DNA from: Acidimicrobiia bacterium
GTDB taxonomy: Bacteria; Actinomycetota; Acidimicrobiia; Spongiisociales; UBA11373
Length of the DNA: 64,000 bases
Direction of reading: 5' to 3'
NCBI GenBank assembly: GCA_040878325.1
Contig: JBBDMM010000011.1
Coordinates: 1 to 64,000, forward strand
Each line of letters starts with the position of its first letter. The stretch's first letter is position 1. The notes beneath the pieces are model-generated. The model ran no database searches, had not been told where the DNA came from, and saw only the letters and a program-made list of their open reading frames with translations. Positions 9,069 through 19,445 of the stretch are shown one piece after another. Position numbers and translations under genes: made by a program.

Positions 9069-10499
9069 GTGGCCGCGGTGGCCAAGATCTACATCGGCGG
9101 AGAGTGGACCGAGGGAACGGGAGACGAGGCCCACGAGCTGATCAGCCCCGTCACCGGGGAGCTCGTGGCCACCGTCCCCATCGCCTCGGCCGCCGACATC
9201 GACCGGGCCGTTCTCGCCGCTCGGGCCGCCCAGGACGATTTCCGCCACTGGTCGCCCTTCGAACGGGCCGATCTCTGCCACCGGATCGCCGGAGCGATCG
9301 AGGAGATGGTGGAGGAGATCGCCCGGATCCAGACCCTCGAGCAGGGCAAGCCGTACCACGCCGAGTCGTTGGAGGACATCCAGGAGGCGAACCAGTACTT
9401 CATCAACGCCGCGGAAGACATCAAGCGCCTCGGCGGTGAAGTGATCCCCACCACCGATCGCAACAAGCGGATGTTCACCTTCCGCCGGCCGGTGGGGGTG
9501 TGGGCGGCGATCACGCCGTGGAACTTCCCGGTGACCATCCCGCTCGAGTACATCGGCCCCGCTCTCGCCGCTGGCAACGCGGTGATCGCCAAGCCGCCGG
9601 AGTTCACCTCACTGGCCCTACTCAAGCTGGCGGAGGCGTTCGATGCAGCAGGCGTGCCCAAGGGCCTGGTTTCCGTGATCCCGGGCGGGGCCTCGGTGGG
9701 TGATGCGCTGGTGAGCCACTCCGGAGTCGATGCCGTCGGCTTCACCGGGTCGAGCGAAACCGGCCGCAAGATCATCGCCCGCATGGGGATCAAGCGCTCG
9801 ATCATGGAGATGTCGGGGAACGGGCCCACCATCGTCACCGACGACGCCAACATCGCCGCCGCGGCCGAAGCCGCCGTCTACGGGGCGTATTACAACGCCG
9901 GCCAGGTCTGCTGTGCCACCGAGCGGGTGATCGTCGTCGATTCGGTCCACGACCAGTTCGTCGAGGCGGCGCTCGAGGCAGCGACGGTGGTGCGACTCGG
10001 CGACCCGTTCGACGAGGCCACCAACATGGGCCCGCTCAACAACGAGCCGACTGCGGCCAAGATGGACCGCCACCTGGCCGACGCCGCCGAGCGCGGTGCC
10101 GACGTACTGCGGGGTGGCGGGCGGGCTCCCGGGTTCCCGACCGCGCTCTACTACGACTTCACGGTCGTCGACCGGGTGCCCGAGGAGAGCCTGCTGTCGA
10201 CCGACGAGTCGTTCGGCCCGGTGCTGCCGATCCTCACCGCCTCCGACGATGCCGAAGCGGTCGCCATGGCCAACCGTACCCGCCTCGGTCTCCAGGCGGC
10301 CGTGTTCACCAACTCGCTGCAGAAGGCGTTCTGGTACGCCGATCGCATCCGCTCGGGCACAGTGGTCATCAACGACTCCACGGACTTCTGGGAGACCTTT
10401 CAACCGTTCGGCGGCGCCGCCGGCACCGACACCGGCTGGGGCCGGGGGCGGATCGAGGAGTTCACCGATCTACAGACACTGGTGATCGACGTCGGGTAG
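9069..10499 (+). CDS. Aldehyde dehydrogenase
   Basis: ITPWNFP, FTGS, EMSGNGP, NAGQVCCA, ESFGPV; start may be 9078. Confidence 0.93.
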   Translation: MAAVAKIYIGGEWTEGTGDEAHELISPVTGELVATVPIASAADIDRAVLAARAAQDDFRHWSPFERADLCHRIAGAIEEMVEEIARIQTLEQGKPYHAESLEDIQEANQYFINAAEDIKRLGGEVIPTTDRNKRMFTFRRPVGVWAAITPWNFPVTIPLEYIGPALAAGNAVIAKPPEFTSLALLKLAEAFDAAGVPKGLVSVIPGGASVGDALVSHSGVDAVGFTGSSETGRKIIARMGIKRSIMEMSGNGPTIVTDDANIAAAAEAAVYGAYYNAGQVCCATERVIVVDSVHDQFVEAALEAATVVRLGDPFDEATNMGPLNNEPTAAKMDRHLADAAERGADVLRGGGRAPGFPTALYYDFTVVDRVPEESLLSTDESFGPVLPILTASDDAEAVAMANRTRLGLQAAVFTNSLQKAFWYADRIRSGTVVINDSTDFWETFQPFGGAAGTDTGWGRGRIEEFTDLQTLVIDVG

Positions 10500-10500
10500 A

Positions 10501-10534
10501 TCCCGCCTCCCGCCCTCCGCCTTCTGCCTTCCGC
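10501..10534. repeat. Degenerate heptamer tandem repeat (TCCCGCC-like, about 5 units)
   Basis: tcccgcc tcccgcc ctccgcc ttctgcc ttccgc. Confidence 0.7.
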
Positions 10535-10551
10535 AGGAATTCTGGAAGGGG

Positions 10552-10607
10552 GACTGGCGACTGGAGACTGGTGACTGGTGACTGGTGACTGGAGACTGGT
10601 GACTGCG
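10552..10607. repeat. Heptamer tandem array (GACTGGN x8)
   Basis: Read directly from the sequence; last unit is GACTGCG. Confidence 0.95.
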
Positions 10608-10646
10608 TCCGCTAGTAGCGTCGTGCCAATTCACCGGGAGGTCAGG

Positions 10647-12086
10647 ATGGGTTGGCGGCTCTGGATCGGTGGTGGGTGGCAGGACAGCGACGGCGTGGTC
10701 TCCGTCGAAGTCGAGAACCCGTCGAATGGCGAAGTGGTCGATCAAGTGACCGAATCGACCCGGGGCGACGTGGATCGGGCTGTTCAGGCAGCGCGCACGG
10801 CCTTCTACGGGGGAGAGTGGTCGAAGGCGGCGCCAGCCGAGCGGTCCGAGGCCCTCTACAAGCTGGCGTCGCTCCTCGAGCAACGGGCCGAAGACTTCGC
10901 CCGCATCGAGAGCGAGGACACCGGCAAGCCGTACCAGTCGATGAGCCTCGCGAACGATGTGCCTTTCTCGGTGGACAACCTGAAGTTCTTCGCCGCCGCC
11001 GCCCGCAGCTGGGCGGGTACCGCTGCAGGGGACTTCCTCAAGGGCTACACCTCGATGTTGCGCCGCGAGCCGGTGGGCGTCGTCGGCCAGATCACCCCGT
11101 GGAACTACCCGCTGAACATGGCGGTGTGGAAGATCGGCCCGGCGCTCGCCGCCGGGTGCACCGTCGTGCTCAAGCCCGCTCCGACCACGCCACGGACCAC
11201 CCTGATGCTCGCGGAGATGTCGAAAGAAGCGGGCATTCCCGACGGGGTATTCAACGTGGTCACCGGCGGCAACGACGTGGGCCAGGCGATCGTCGAGCAC
11301 CCCGACGTCCGCATGGTCTCGCTCACCGGCTCCACCCCTGCCGGAAAGCGGGTGATGGCGACAGCGGCCGAAACGCTGAAGCGGGTGCACCTCGAACTCG
11401 GTGGTAAGGCACCGTTGCTGGTGTTCGACGACGCCGACATCGAGGCGTTGGCAGCCGGAGCGACGGTGGGCGCCACCTTCAACTCCGGCCAGGACTGCAC
11501 CGCGGCCACCCGGGTCTATGTCGAGCGGAGCCGCTACGCCGAGGCGGTCGATGCTGTCGCCGGGGCAATGAGCGCCGTCAAGGTGGGCGGGCCCTACGAC
11601 GCCGACGTATCGATGGGACCGCTCATCTCGGCGCGTCAGTTGGAGCGGGTGCGCGGCTTCGTCGACCGGGCGAAGTCGGCCGGCGGCAAGGTGCTGGTCG
11701 GGGGAGGCACCCCGCAGGGTCTCGACAAGGGCTACTACTTCGAGCCCACTGTCATCACCGACGCCGATCAGCGCTCGGAGATCGTCCAGGACGAGGTATT
11801 TGGGCCGGTGCTGGTCGTGCTACCGATCGACTCCGAGGAGCAGGCGATCGAGTACGGCAACGACGTCCTCTACGGCCTGGCTGCATCGGTGTGGACCAAG
11901 GACACCGGCCGGGCGATGCGGATGGCCCGCGATCTCGAGTTCGGCACGGTGTGGATCAACGACCACCTGCCCATCACCTCCGAGTTCCCCCACGGCGGGT
12001 TCAAGCAGTCCGGCTTCGGCAAGGACCTGTCCGAAGAGGCCATGCTCGACTACACGATCAGCAAGCACGTGGTGATCAAGCAGTGA
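10647..12086 (+). CDS. Aldehyde dehydrogenase, likely 4-aminobutyraldehyde dehydrogenase
   Basis: RREPVGVVGQITPWNYPL, ELGGKAP, FNSGQDCTA, PHGGFKQSGFGKDLS; next to the pot genes. Confidence 0.9.
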   Translation: MGWRLWIGGGWQDSDGVVSVEVENPSNGEVVDQVTESTRGDVDRAVQAARTAFYGGEWSKAAPAERSEALYKLASLLEQRAEDFARIESEDTGKPYQSMSLANDVPFSVDNLKFFAAAARSWAGTAAGDFLKGYTSMLRREPVGVVGQITPWNYPLNMAVWKIGPALAAGCTVVLKPAPTTPRTTLMLAEMSKEAGIPDGVFNVVTGGNDVGQAIVEHPDVRMVSLTGSTPAGKRVMATAAETLKRVHLELGGKAPLLVFDDADIEALAAGATVGATFNSGQDCTAATRVYVERSRYAEAVDAVAGAMSAVKVGGPYDADVSMGPLISARQLERVRGFVDRAKSAGGKVLVGGGTPQGLDKGYYFEPTVITDADQRSEIVQDEVFGPVLVVLPIDSEEQAIEYGNDVLYGLAASVWTKDTGRAMRMARDLEFGTVWINDHLPITSEFPHGGFKQSGFGKDLSEEAMLDYTISKHVVIKQ

Positions 12087-12147
12087 CCGGGACGTGACGA
12101 GACCCGCCGCGGTTGCGTAGCATCGCCCGTCTCCGGGAGGTGGCCGA

Positions 12148-13212
12148 GTGAGAGTCGCGGTCGAGATGCAGGACGTGTCGAAGGCGTTCGGCGACGTCCA
12201 CGCGGTCAACGACCTCAACCTCGCCATCGAGGATGGCGAGTTCTTCTCCCTCCTTGGTCCGAGCGGTTGCGGTAAGACCACGACGCTGCGAATGATCGCC
12301 GGGTTCGAGTTCCCCACCTCGGGCTCTCTGAAGATCCACGGCGTCGAGATGGGCCTGCAGCCACCGAACAAGCGTCCCGTCAACACCGTCTTTCAGTCAT
12401 ATGCCCTCTTCCCGCACATGAACGTCGCCGAGAACGTCGGATTCGGCTTGCGGATGAAGGATGTGGGCAAGACCGAGTCCGAGCAGCGGGTGGCGCGGGC
12501 GCTCGACATGGTGCAGCTCTCCGATCGGGCGGACGCCTCCCCGAACCAGCTTTCTGGTGGCCAGCAGCAGCGGGTGGCGCTCGCCCGCGCTCTCGTCAAC
12601 GAGCCCGAGGTGTTGCTGCTGGACGAACCGCTCGGTGCCCTCGATCTCAAGCTGCGCCAGGCGATGCAGGTGGAGCTCAAGGTCCTCCAGGAACGGGTCG
12701 GTATCACCTTCATCTACGTGACCCACGACCAGGAAGAAGCCCTCACCATGAGCGACCGGATCGGCGTGATGAGCGGTGGACGGCTGCTGCAGGTGGGTAC
12801 ACCAGAGGAGATCTACGAGCGGCCCTCGTCGCGCTTCGTGGCGGACTTCATCGGCGAGATCAATCTGCTGCCGGCCAGCGTGGTCGATCACCACTCGGTG
12901 CGCCTGCTCGGAGGCTTGGTCGTCAAGGCCGAGACCGGGGCGCCCGCCGGTCAGGAAGTCACAATGGCGGTGAGGCCCGAGCGGTTGGAGCTCTATGGCC
13001 CTAGCGAGCACGTCCCCGACGGTCTCAACCGCGTCGAGGGTTCGATCATCAGGCGCATCTACTTCGGGGACGTCTTCTACTACGAGGTCGACACGCCTGC
13101 AGGCGTGGTCGAGGTGAAAGAGGAGAACCGCCCCGGGGTCGAACTGTTCCACGCCGCCGACCGGGTGGTAGTGGGGTGGGATCAGGCGGCGACGATCGTC
13201 GTTGCGAATTGA
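12148..13212 (+). CDS. potA: Polyamine ABC transporter ATP-binding protein
   Basis: [34 protein letters not shown]-like C-terminus. Confidence 0.92.
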   Translation: MRVAVEMQDVSKAFGDVHAVNDLNLAIEDGEFFSLLGPSGCGKTTTLRMIAGFEFPTSGSLKIHGVEMGLQPPNKRPVNTVFQSYALFPHMNVAENVGFGLRMKDVGKTESEQRVARALDMVQLSDRADASPNQLSGGQQQRVALARALVNEPEVLLLDEPLGALDLKLRQAMQVELKVLQERVGITFIYVTHDQEEALTMSDRIGVMSGGRLLQVGTPEEIYERPSSRFVADFIGEINLLPASVVDHHSVRLLGGLVVKAETGAPAGQEVTMAVRPERLELYGPSEHVPDGLNRVEGSIIRRIYFGDVFYYEVDTPAGVVEVKEENRPGVELFHAADRVVVGWDQAATIVVAN

Positions 13213-14099
13213 GCCCCGACGCGATCGTCGAGTCCGCCCGCCCCGAGTTGGAGAGGGCCGCCCGCAAGGCCGAGTCGCGTCGCGGCCTTTTGATCGCGTT
13301 CCCGGCCTGGGCCTATCTGATGGTGTTCTTCCTGGTCCCCCTGGTGATCGTGTTCGTGTACTCCTTTGCCACCCGGAGCTCTACCGGGCGTACCGTGCTG
13401 GAAGGCTGGAACCTCGACAGCTATCGGCGGCTGTTCGACCCGCTGGTCTTCGACATCTTCCGACGTTCCATTGTCCTCGCGTTGATTACCACCGTGATAT
13501 GCCTGGTGGTCTCGTATCCATTCGCCTACTACATCGCTACCCGCGGTCCGCGGGTTCGCAACGTCCTGCTGGTGCTGGTGATGATCCCGTTCTGGTCGAA
13601 CTTCCTGGTCCGCACCTACGCCTGGAAGGTGCTCCTCGGCAGCGACGGTCCCCTTTCCCAGCTGGCGCAGGCGATGGGCGGGGAGCCAATCCGCCTGCTG
13701 TTCACCAATACCGCGGTCCTGATCGGCCTGGTCTACGGGTTTCTTCCCTTCATGGTGTTGCCGCTCTACGCCGCCCTGGAGCGAATGGACTGGAGCCTGG
13801 TGGAGGCTGCCCGGGATCTCTACGCCAGCGGATGGCAGGCCTTTCGGAGGGTGACGTGGCCGCTGTCGCGCCCCGGGGTGATCGCCGGATCGATCCTGGT
13901 CTTCATCCCCGCGCTTGGGGCATACGTGACCCCGGCCATCCTCGGAGGTGCGACCAACGTGCTGATCGGGGATTACATCGTCAGCCAATTCCTCGCCGCG
14001 CGCAATCAGCCGTTCGGTGCAGCCCTTTCGTTCGGAATCATGGTCGTGATGCTGGCCGGGACGGTCATCTACTTCCGCTCGGGAGCCAAGAACGCATGA
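13209..14099 (+). CDS. potB: Polyamine ABC transporter permease
   Basis: IPFWSNFLVRTYAW, LVEAARDLYA; TTGA overlap with potA. Confidence 0.9.
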   Translation: MSPDAIVESARPELERAARKAESRRGLLIAFPAWAYLMVFFLVPLVIVFVYSFATRSSTGRTVLEGWNLDSYRRLFDPLVFDIFRRSIVLALITTVICLVVSYPFAYYIATRGPRVRNVLLVLVMIPFWSNFLVRTYAWKVLLGSDGPLSQLAQAMGGEPIRLLFTNTAVLIGLVYGFLPFMVLPLYAALERMDWSLVEAARDLYASGWQAFRRVTWPLSRPGVIAGSILVFIPALGAYVTPAILGGATNVLIGDYIVSQFLAARNQPFGAALSFGIMVVMLAGTVIYFRSGAKNA

Positions 14100-14953
14100 G
14101 CGCCCAAGGGCTGCGGCCCAATAGCCCGTCGGAGCGGCTGCTCGCAACCAACGCATGGATCGTCTACGCGTTCTTCTACGCGCCGATCCTCGTGTTGATC
14201 GTGTTCTCGTTCAACGACAACAACAACGTCGGAATCTGGACCGAGCCTTCGCTGCGTTGGTACCGCGATGTGCTGTCGAACGACGCAGTGCTGAACGCGA
14301 TCAAGATCTCCGTCATCGTCGCGGTGATCAGCACCCTGGTGTCGACGGTCCTGGGGACCATGGCGGCACTGTCGCTGGAGCGGTTCCGCTATCGCGGTCA
14401 GCGAGCCTTCGATGGCCTCGTCTATCTGCCCATCATCATTCCGGACGTGACGATGGCGGTGATGCTCCTGCTCTTCTTTGCCCAGGGTTTCCATTTCCTC
14501 GACTCGGCCCTGGGATTTCGTCCCTCATTCGGAGTGGCCACCATCTCGCTGAGCCACATCGCATTCAACATCTCGTTCGTTGCGGTGGTGGTTCGGGCCC
14601 GGTTGGGCATGATGGATCCCCGGTTGGAGGAAGCCGCCGCCGACCTCTATGCCTCTCGGTGGCAGACCTTCCGCCGCGTCACCCTGCCGCTCATTCTCCC
14701 GGGAGTCCTCGGGGGGGCCCTGCTGGCCCTGACCTTGTCACTGGACGACGTCGTCGTGACCAGCTTCGTGGCCGGCCCGGGCGCGACCACCCTGCCGGTG
14801 TACGTCTTTGGCCTGGTGAGGCGGGGGGTCACGCCGCTGATCAACGCGATCAGCACGCTGATGCTGGTGGCATCGATGGTGCTGGTCGCCTTGTCGCTCG
14901 GCCTACAGAGAACCTCCCGAACTAGAGTCACGCCGGTTGGTGATGACCAATGA
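14096..14953 (+). CDS. potC: Polyamine ABC transporter permease
   Basis: FYAPILVLIVFSFN, LEEAAADLYA, LSLDDVVVT; ATGA overlap. Confidence 0.9.
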   Translation: MSAQGLRPNSPSERLLATNAWIVYAFFYAPILVLIVFSFNDNNNVGIWTEPSLRWYRDVLSNDAVLNAIKISVIVAVISTLVSTVLGTMAALSLERFRYRGQRAFDGLVYLPIIIPDVTMAVMLLLFFAQGFHFLDSALGFRPSFGVATISLSHIAFNISFVAVVVRARLGMMDPRLEEAAADLYASRWQTFRRVTLPLILPGVLGGALLALTLSLDDVVVTSFVAGPGATTLPVYVFGLVRRGVTPLINAISTLMLVASMVLVALSLGLQRTSRTRVTPVGDDQ

Positions 14954-14990
14954 CATTGCGGATAATTGTCAAAGCATGGGAGAGAGATCG

Positions 14991-16079
14991 ATGAAACGGA
15001 TTCGTGAATTTGCCGTTCTCGCGGCTGCGCTGGCGCTAGTGGTGGCTGCCTGCGGAGACGACTCGGATGGCGACGGCGAGACGCTGGCGTGCGACGTGGG
15101 CCAGATCGACGGCACCACCCTCAACTTCTACAACTGGTCCGAGTACATGGACCCCGACCTGATCGCGGCTTTCGAAGCCGAGTTCAGCGTCGATGTGGTG
15201 GAGTCGTTCTACGAATCGAACGAAGCGATGCTCGCCCAGCTCCAGTCAGGGGTGGCGTACGACCTCGTGGTGCCCTCCGATTACATGATCAAGATCATGA
15301 TCGACGAGGGGCTGCTCCATGCCCTCGACAAGGACGCCCTGGCGAACTACGGCAACCTCGCCGAGGACTTCCGCACCCAGCCTTATGACCCGAACGGCGA
15401 CTACTCGGTCGCCTACCAATACGGAACCACCGGGCTCGGGGTGAACCTTGAGGCGGTGGGCGAGTACTTCGTCGAGAGTTGGGCACTGGTGTTCGACCCA
15501 GAGATCACCCAGCATTTCGCCGGCGGTGTCTCGGTGCTGAACGACCCGCGCGAGACGATGGGTGCTGCCCTCGAATATCTGGGGTACTCACTCAACGACA
15601 CGACCCTTGAGCACCTCGAGGAGGCCACCCAGCTGATCAAGGACGCCAAGGCGTACATCACCACGTTCGACTCCGACCAGTACGACGAGAACCTCGTCAA
15701 CGGCGAGGTCGCCGTCGCCCACGGCTACTCGGGCAACATGATCGTGGCGATGAGCGAGGCCGACGACCCGGACAACTTCGTGTATGTCCTCCCCGAGGAG
15801 GGGGCGACCCTCTGGATCGACAATATGGCGATTCCGACCGTGTCGAACGCGCCTTGTACCGCCCACACGTTCATCGACTTCCTGCTGGATGCCGAGAACG
15901 GGGCCGCTTTGACCAACTGGAACTACTACGGCAGCCCCAACGAGGCGGCCACGCCGTTCATCGAGCAGGAAGTCGTCGACTTCTATGCCGGGACGGCCAC
16001 CGCCAACCTCGAGGTGATCACCGACACCGGTGATTACGAGATCAACTTCACCGACAAGTTGGCGGAAGCCAAGAGCTGA
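14991..16079 (+). CDS. potD: Polyamine ABC transporter substrate-binding lipoprotein
   Basis: Lipobox VAAC; YNWSEY, YESNE, YDLVVPSDY, LWIDNMAIP. Confidence 0.9.
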   Translation: MKRIREFAVLAAALALVVAACGDDSDGDGETLACDVGQIDGTTLNFYNWSEYMDPDLIAAFEAEFSVDVVESFYESNEAMLAQLQSGVAYDLVVPSDYMIKIMIDEGLLHALDKDALANYGNLAEDFRTQPYDPNGDYSVAYQYGTTGLGVNLEAVGEYFVESWALVFDPEITQHFAGGVSVLNDPRETMGAALEYLGYSLNDTTLEHLEEATQLIKDAKAYITTFDSDQYDENLVNGEVAVAHGYSGNMIVAMSEADDPDNFVYVLPEEGATLWIDNMAIPTVSNAPCTAHTFIDFLLDAENGAALTNWNYYGSPNEAATPFIEQEVVDFYAGTATANLEVITDTGDYEINFTDKLAEAKS

Positions 16080-16085
16080 GGCGTC

Positions 16086-16115
16086 GGGGGACGTCCGGAA
16101 GGCCGGGCGTCCCCC
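16086..16115 (+). terminator. GC-rich hairpin after potD
   Basis: GGGGGACGTCCGG-AAGG-CCGGGCGTCCCCC. Confidence 0.55.
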
Positions 16116-16127
16116 CGCCCCACCCTG

Positions 16128-17738
16128 ATGGCGGCCGACCTCGTCTTTCGCAACGGGTTCGTTTTCCGTGCCGACGCGGCGCGGTCGTGGGCCTCGACGG
16201 TCGGTGTGTCCGGCAGCCGCATCTCATCGGTGGGTGGATCGGAAGTCGACTCGATCGGGCCGAACGCCCGGGTGGTGGATCTCGAGGGGCGGGTGCTGGT
16301 ACCCGGCTTTCAGGATGCCCACGTGCATCCCGCCACCGCCGGGCGGAACATGCTGGGCTGTGATCTTGCCGGCACCGCCGACCGCGGCGAAGCAGAGACA
16401 CTCATCGGTCGCTACGCGCTCGAGCACCCCGATCGACCCTGGGTGACCGGCGGCGGGTGGCGTTTCGACTGGTTCGAGCGGGGGATGCCTACCCGGGACC
16501 TGCTGGACGCCCTGGTGCCAGATCGACCCGCCTACCTGCGAGTCGCCGACGGCCATGCGGGGTGGGCCAACACCAGGGCCTTCGCCGCTGCCGGCATCGA
16601 TCTGACCACGCCGGACCCGGCCTTCGGCCGGATCGAGCGACTGTCCGACGGGACGCCGCAGGGCACTGTCCAGGAAGGCGCCATGGACCTGATCGAGCGT
16701 GCCATGCCTCCGGATTCCGATGAGGACGTCGAGCGCGCCCTGCTCGCCGCTCAGGACTACCTGATTTCGCTCGGCATCACCGCCTGGCAGGACGCCGCGG
16801 TGGGGCACCGACTCCACGGGGCCTACGCCCGGCTCGCGGCCGATGGCAGGCTGCGTGTCTCGGTGCGGGCTGCGCATTGGTGGGAGCCGGATGACGGCAT
16901 CGACCAATTGGAGGAGTTCGAGGATCGTCGGCGCGGCTCCGTGGGCCGGTACCACGCCGGATCGGTGAAGTTGATGCTCGACGGCGTCTGCGAGAACTTC
17001 ACCGCGCGAATGCTGTTGCCCTACCTCGACGATCAGGGCCGGCCCACCACCAACACGGGTTCGGACCACATCGACCCAGCAGCCCTCCCCGACATCGTGG
17101 AAGCGGTGATGCGGCGCGGTTTCCAACCGCACTTCCACGCACTGGGCGACGCGGCGGTGCGCGGGGCGCTCGACGCCGTCGCCGCGGCGAATGCCCGAAT
17201 CGGCCACCCGACCGACCTCCGCCCCCACCTCGCCCACATCCAGGTGGTCCATCCCGACGACATCGCCCGCTTTCGGGAGGTGGGCGCGGTGGCCAACGCT
17301 CAGGCGCTCTGGGCCTGCCACGACGACGCCATGGACGTGATGACCCTGCCGTTTCTCGATCCACAATGCCGGGGCCACCAATACCCCTTCCGCAGCATTC
17401 TCGATGCCGGGGGCACGCTGGCGATGGGGAGTGACTGGTCGGTGACGACGCCCGACGTCCTGTCCCAGGTCGATGCCGCGGTCAACCGCAAGGTCATCGG
17501 CGACGGCACCCGGCCGGCGTTCCTACCCGACGAGCGGATCTCGGTGGCCGACGCCCTGGTGGCGTTCACCGCGGGGTCGGCATTCGTCAACCATCTCGAT
17601 GCCGACCGGGGCACGATCCGACCCGGAGCGATCGCCGACCTCGCCGTTCTCGACGGCAATCCGTTCTCCTCCTCCGACATCGCCTCGATCCGGGTGGGCA
17701 TGACGGTGATCGGGGGAGAGGTGGTTTTCGAGAGGTGA
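16128..17738 (+). CDS. Amidohydrolase 3 family (YtcJ-like) protein
   Basis: PGFQDAHVH, DGHAGWAN, VKLMLDG, HALGDAA, GSDWSV. Confidence 0.92.
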   Translation: MAADLVFRNGFVFRADAARSWASTVGVSGSRISSVGGSEVDSIGPNARVVDLEGRVLVPGFQDAHVHPATAGRNMLGCDLAGTADRGEAETLIGRYALEHPDRPWVTGGGWRFDWFERGMPTRDLLDALVPDRPAYLRVADGHAGWANTRAFAAAGIDLTTPDPAFGRIERLSDGTPQGTVQEGAMDLIERAMPPDSDEDVERALLAAQDYLISLGITAWQDAAVGHRLHGAYARLAADGRLRVSVRAAHWWEPDDGIDQLEEFEDRRRGSVGRYHAGSVKLMLDGVCENFTARMLLPYLDDQGRPTTNTGSDHIDPAALPDIVEAVMRRGFQPHFHALGDAAVRGALDAVAAANARIGHPTDLRPHLAHIQVVHPDDIARFREVGAVANAQALWACHDDAMDVMTLPFLDPQCRGHQYPFRSILDAGGTLAMGSDWSVTTPDVLSQVDAAVNRKVIGDGTRPAFLPDERISVADALVAFTAGSAFVNHLDADRGTIRPGAIADLAVLDGNPFSSSDIASIRVGMTVIGGEVVFER

Positions 17739-17865
17739 GGCTCCGGCTCCAGCCACAGCTCCAGCCAGAGCAATCTCTCCAGCCCGCTCTCGAACGTTCG
17801 GCCTCGGGCACCGATCTGTGGCCTTGGCTGGACTGGCCGGAGCCGTAGCTGGGGCAGGGGCTGGC
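17739..17865. repeat. Hexamer (RGCTCC-like) arrays in inverted orientation
   Basis: ggctcc ggctcc agccac agctcc agccag, with complementary ggctgg/ggagcc/tagctg units at 17826-17865. Confidence 0.6.
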
Positions 17866-17891
17866 AACAGCCCCTCTACCATCCCCCCGCA

Positions 17892-19250
17892 ATGACCCGC
17901 ACCGAAGAGCCGGTCTCCTTCTGGATGTCGCGTGCCGAGCGACCGGTGCGACTCCGGCTCGAGCGGGACCTCGACGTCGACGTGTGCATCGTGGGGGCGG
18001 GATACACCGGCCTGTGGACCGCCTACTACCTGGCCGAGGCGGACCCGTCGTTGCGCATCGCGGTGGTGGATGCCGAGCACGTCGGGTTCGGGGCGTCCGG
18101 CCGCAACGGCGGTTGGGCGTCGGGCAAACTTGCCGGGCTCGACAAGGCTTTGGCAGATCCGAAACGCCGCGACCCCGCCCGCCGCCTGCAAGTGGCGATG
18201 TACGACACGCTCGGTGAGATGGAGCGGGTCCTTGCCGCCGAGAGCATCGACTGCGACTTCCATCGCGGCGGCACCGTGGTCGTGGCCACCTGCGACGCCC
18301 AGGTGCACAACCTGCGCCGGGCGGTGGCGATCAAACACGAGGCCGGTTTCGGACCCGACGACTTGCGGTGGTTGGATCCTGCCGAGACCCGCGAGCGGAT
18401 CCGGCCGGCGGTGGTCGAAGGTGCCACCTACACCCCGCACTGCGCCGCGCTCGAACCCGCCCGGTTGGTGCTGGGGCTGGCCGCGGCGTGCGAACGCCGG
18501 GGGGTGCAGATGTTCGAGCGCAGTCCGGGGGAGATCGTTCCCGGTGGGGTGAGGACCGCGGGCGGGTTGGTCCGGTCACCGATCGTCGTTCGGGCCACAG
18601 AGGCCTACCGGCAGCACACCCGGGCGGTGATCCCGGTCTATTCGCTGATGATCGTCACCGAGCCGTTGGATGCGGGTACCTGGGACGAGATCGGGCTGGG
18701 GGACCGGGAGACCTTCTCGGACGGCCGCCACCTCATCGTCTACGGGCAGCGCACCGCCGACGGACGGATCGCCTTCGGAGGCCGGGGTGCCCCGTATCAC
18801 TACGGATCACGGATCCGGCCCGGCTTCGATCACGAGCCTGAAGTGTTCGACTACCTGGGGCGCACTCTGCGTGCCATGTTCCCGGCGCTCGCCCGCACCG
18901 AGATCGAGGCGGCGTGGGGCGGTCCCCTGGCGATACCGCGTGACTGGCAGCCATCGACCCGTTTCGATCGTGCCAGCGGGGAGGCAGTCGCCGGTGGCTA
19001 CGTGGGGCAGGGGGTGGCGGCGGCGAACCTCGCCGCCCGCACCCTTCGCGATCTCATCCTCGACCGGCGGTCGGATCTGACCGATCTGCCCTGGGTGGGT
19101 CACCGGTCGCGCCAGTGGGAACCCGAGCCGCTCCGGTGGTCCGGGGTGAACCTCGGACGGATCCTTACCGAGTCGATCGACCGGGCCGAGAAGGCGGGCC
19201 GCCGCCCCCGGGTCCGCCACGCCATCCTCGAACGCCTGCCAATTGGGTGA
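17892..19250 (+). CDS. FAD-dependent oxidoreductase (DAO/PuuB-like amine oxidase family)
   Basis: VGAGYTGLWTAYYL, GASGRNGGW, GGYVGQGV, WEPEPLRW. Confidence 0.9.
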   Translation: MTRTEEPVSFWMSRAERPVRLRLERDLDVDVCIVGAGYTGLWTAYYLAEADPSLRIAVVDAEHVGFGASGRNGGWASGKLAGLDKALADPKRRDPARRLQVAMYDTLGEMERVLAAESIDCDFHRGGTVVVATCDAQVHNLRRAVAIKHEAGFGPDDLRWLDPAETRERIRPAVVEGATYTPHCAALEPARLVLGLAAACERRGVQMFERSPGEIVPGGVRTAGGLVRSPIVVRATEAYRQHTRAVIPVYSLMIVTEPLDAGTWDEIGLGDRETFSDGRHLIVYGQRTADGRIAFGGRGAPYHYGSRIRPGFDHEPEVFDYLGRTLRAMFPALARTEIEAAWGGPLAIPRDWQPSTRFDRASGEAVAGGYVGQGVAAANLAARTLRDLILDRRSDLTDLPWVGHRSRQWEPEPLRWSGVNLGRILTESIDRAEKAGRRPRVRHAILERLPIG

Positions 19251-19294
19251 AGGGGCGGCCGTTTGGCGCCCCCCGGGGGGGGGGGGGGGGGGGG

Positions 19295-19304
19295 NNNNNN
19301 NNNN
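19295..19304. other. Assembly gap (10 N) preceded by poly-G
   Basis: N run flanked by G/C homopolymers. Confidence 0.98.
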
Positions 19305-19334
19305 TTGGCCCCCCCCCGGCCTCGCTGCGCTCGG

Positions 19335-19411
19335 CCCGCTACCCGCTTCCCGCTTCCCGCCAGGCCGCAGCAACTTCTTGCCGGCTGCGGGTAGCGGGAA
19401 GCGGAAAGCGA
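19335..19411. repeat. Inverted heptamer arrays (CCCGCTW x4 / GCGGGWA x3) forming a hairpin
   Basis: 19335-19362 is complementary to 19387-19411. Confidence 0.8.
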
Positions 19412-19445
19412 CTCCCATCCGTTAGCTTGTCACGGAACTCAGGAG

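Noticed and set aside
10552..10607. Heptamer arrays as CRISPR
   Set aside because: No unique spacers, units are only 7 bp, and no cas genes are present
13202..14095. 583-aa extended potC ORF in the track
   Set aside because: The upstream part overlaps potB out of frame; the real start is the ATGA-coupled ATG at 14096
19251..19320. Poly-G/poly-C tract as a G-quadruplex or phase-variation site
   Set aside because: It abuts the 10-N gap and looks like low-quality contig-end sequence
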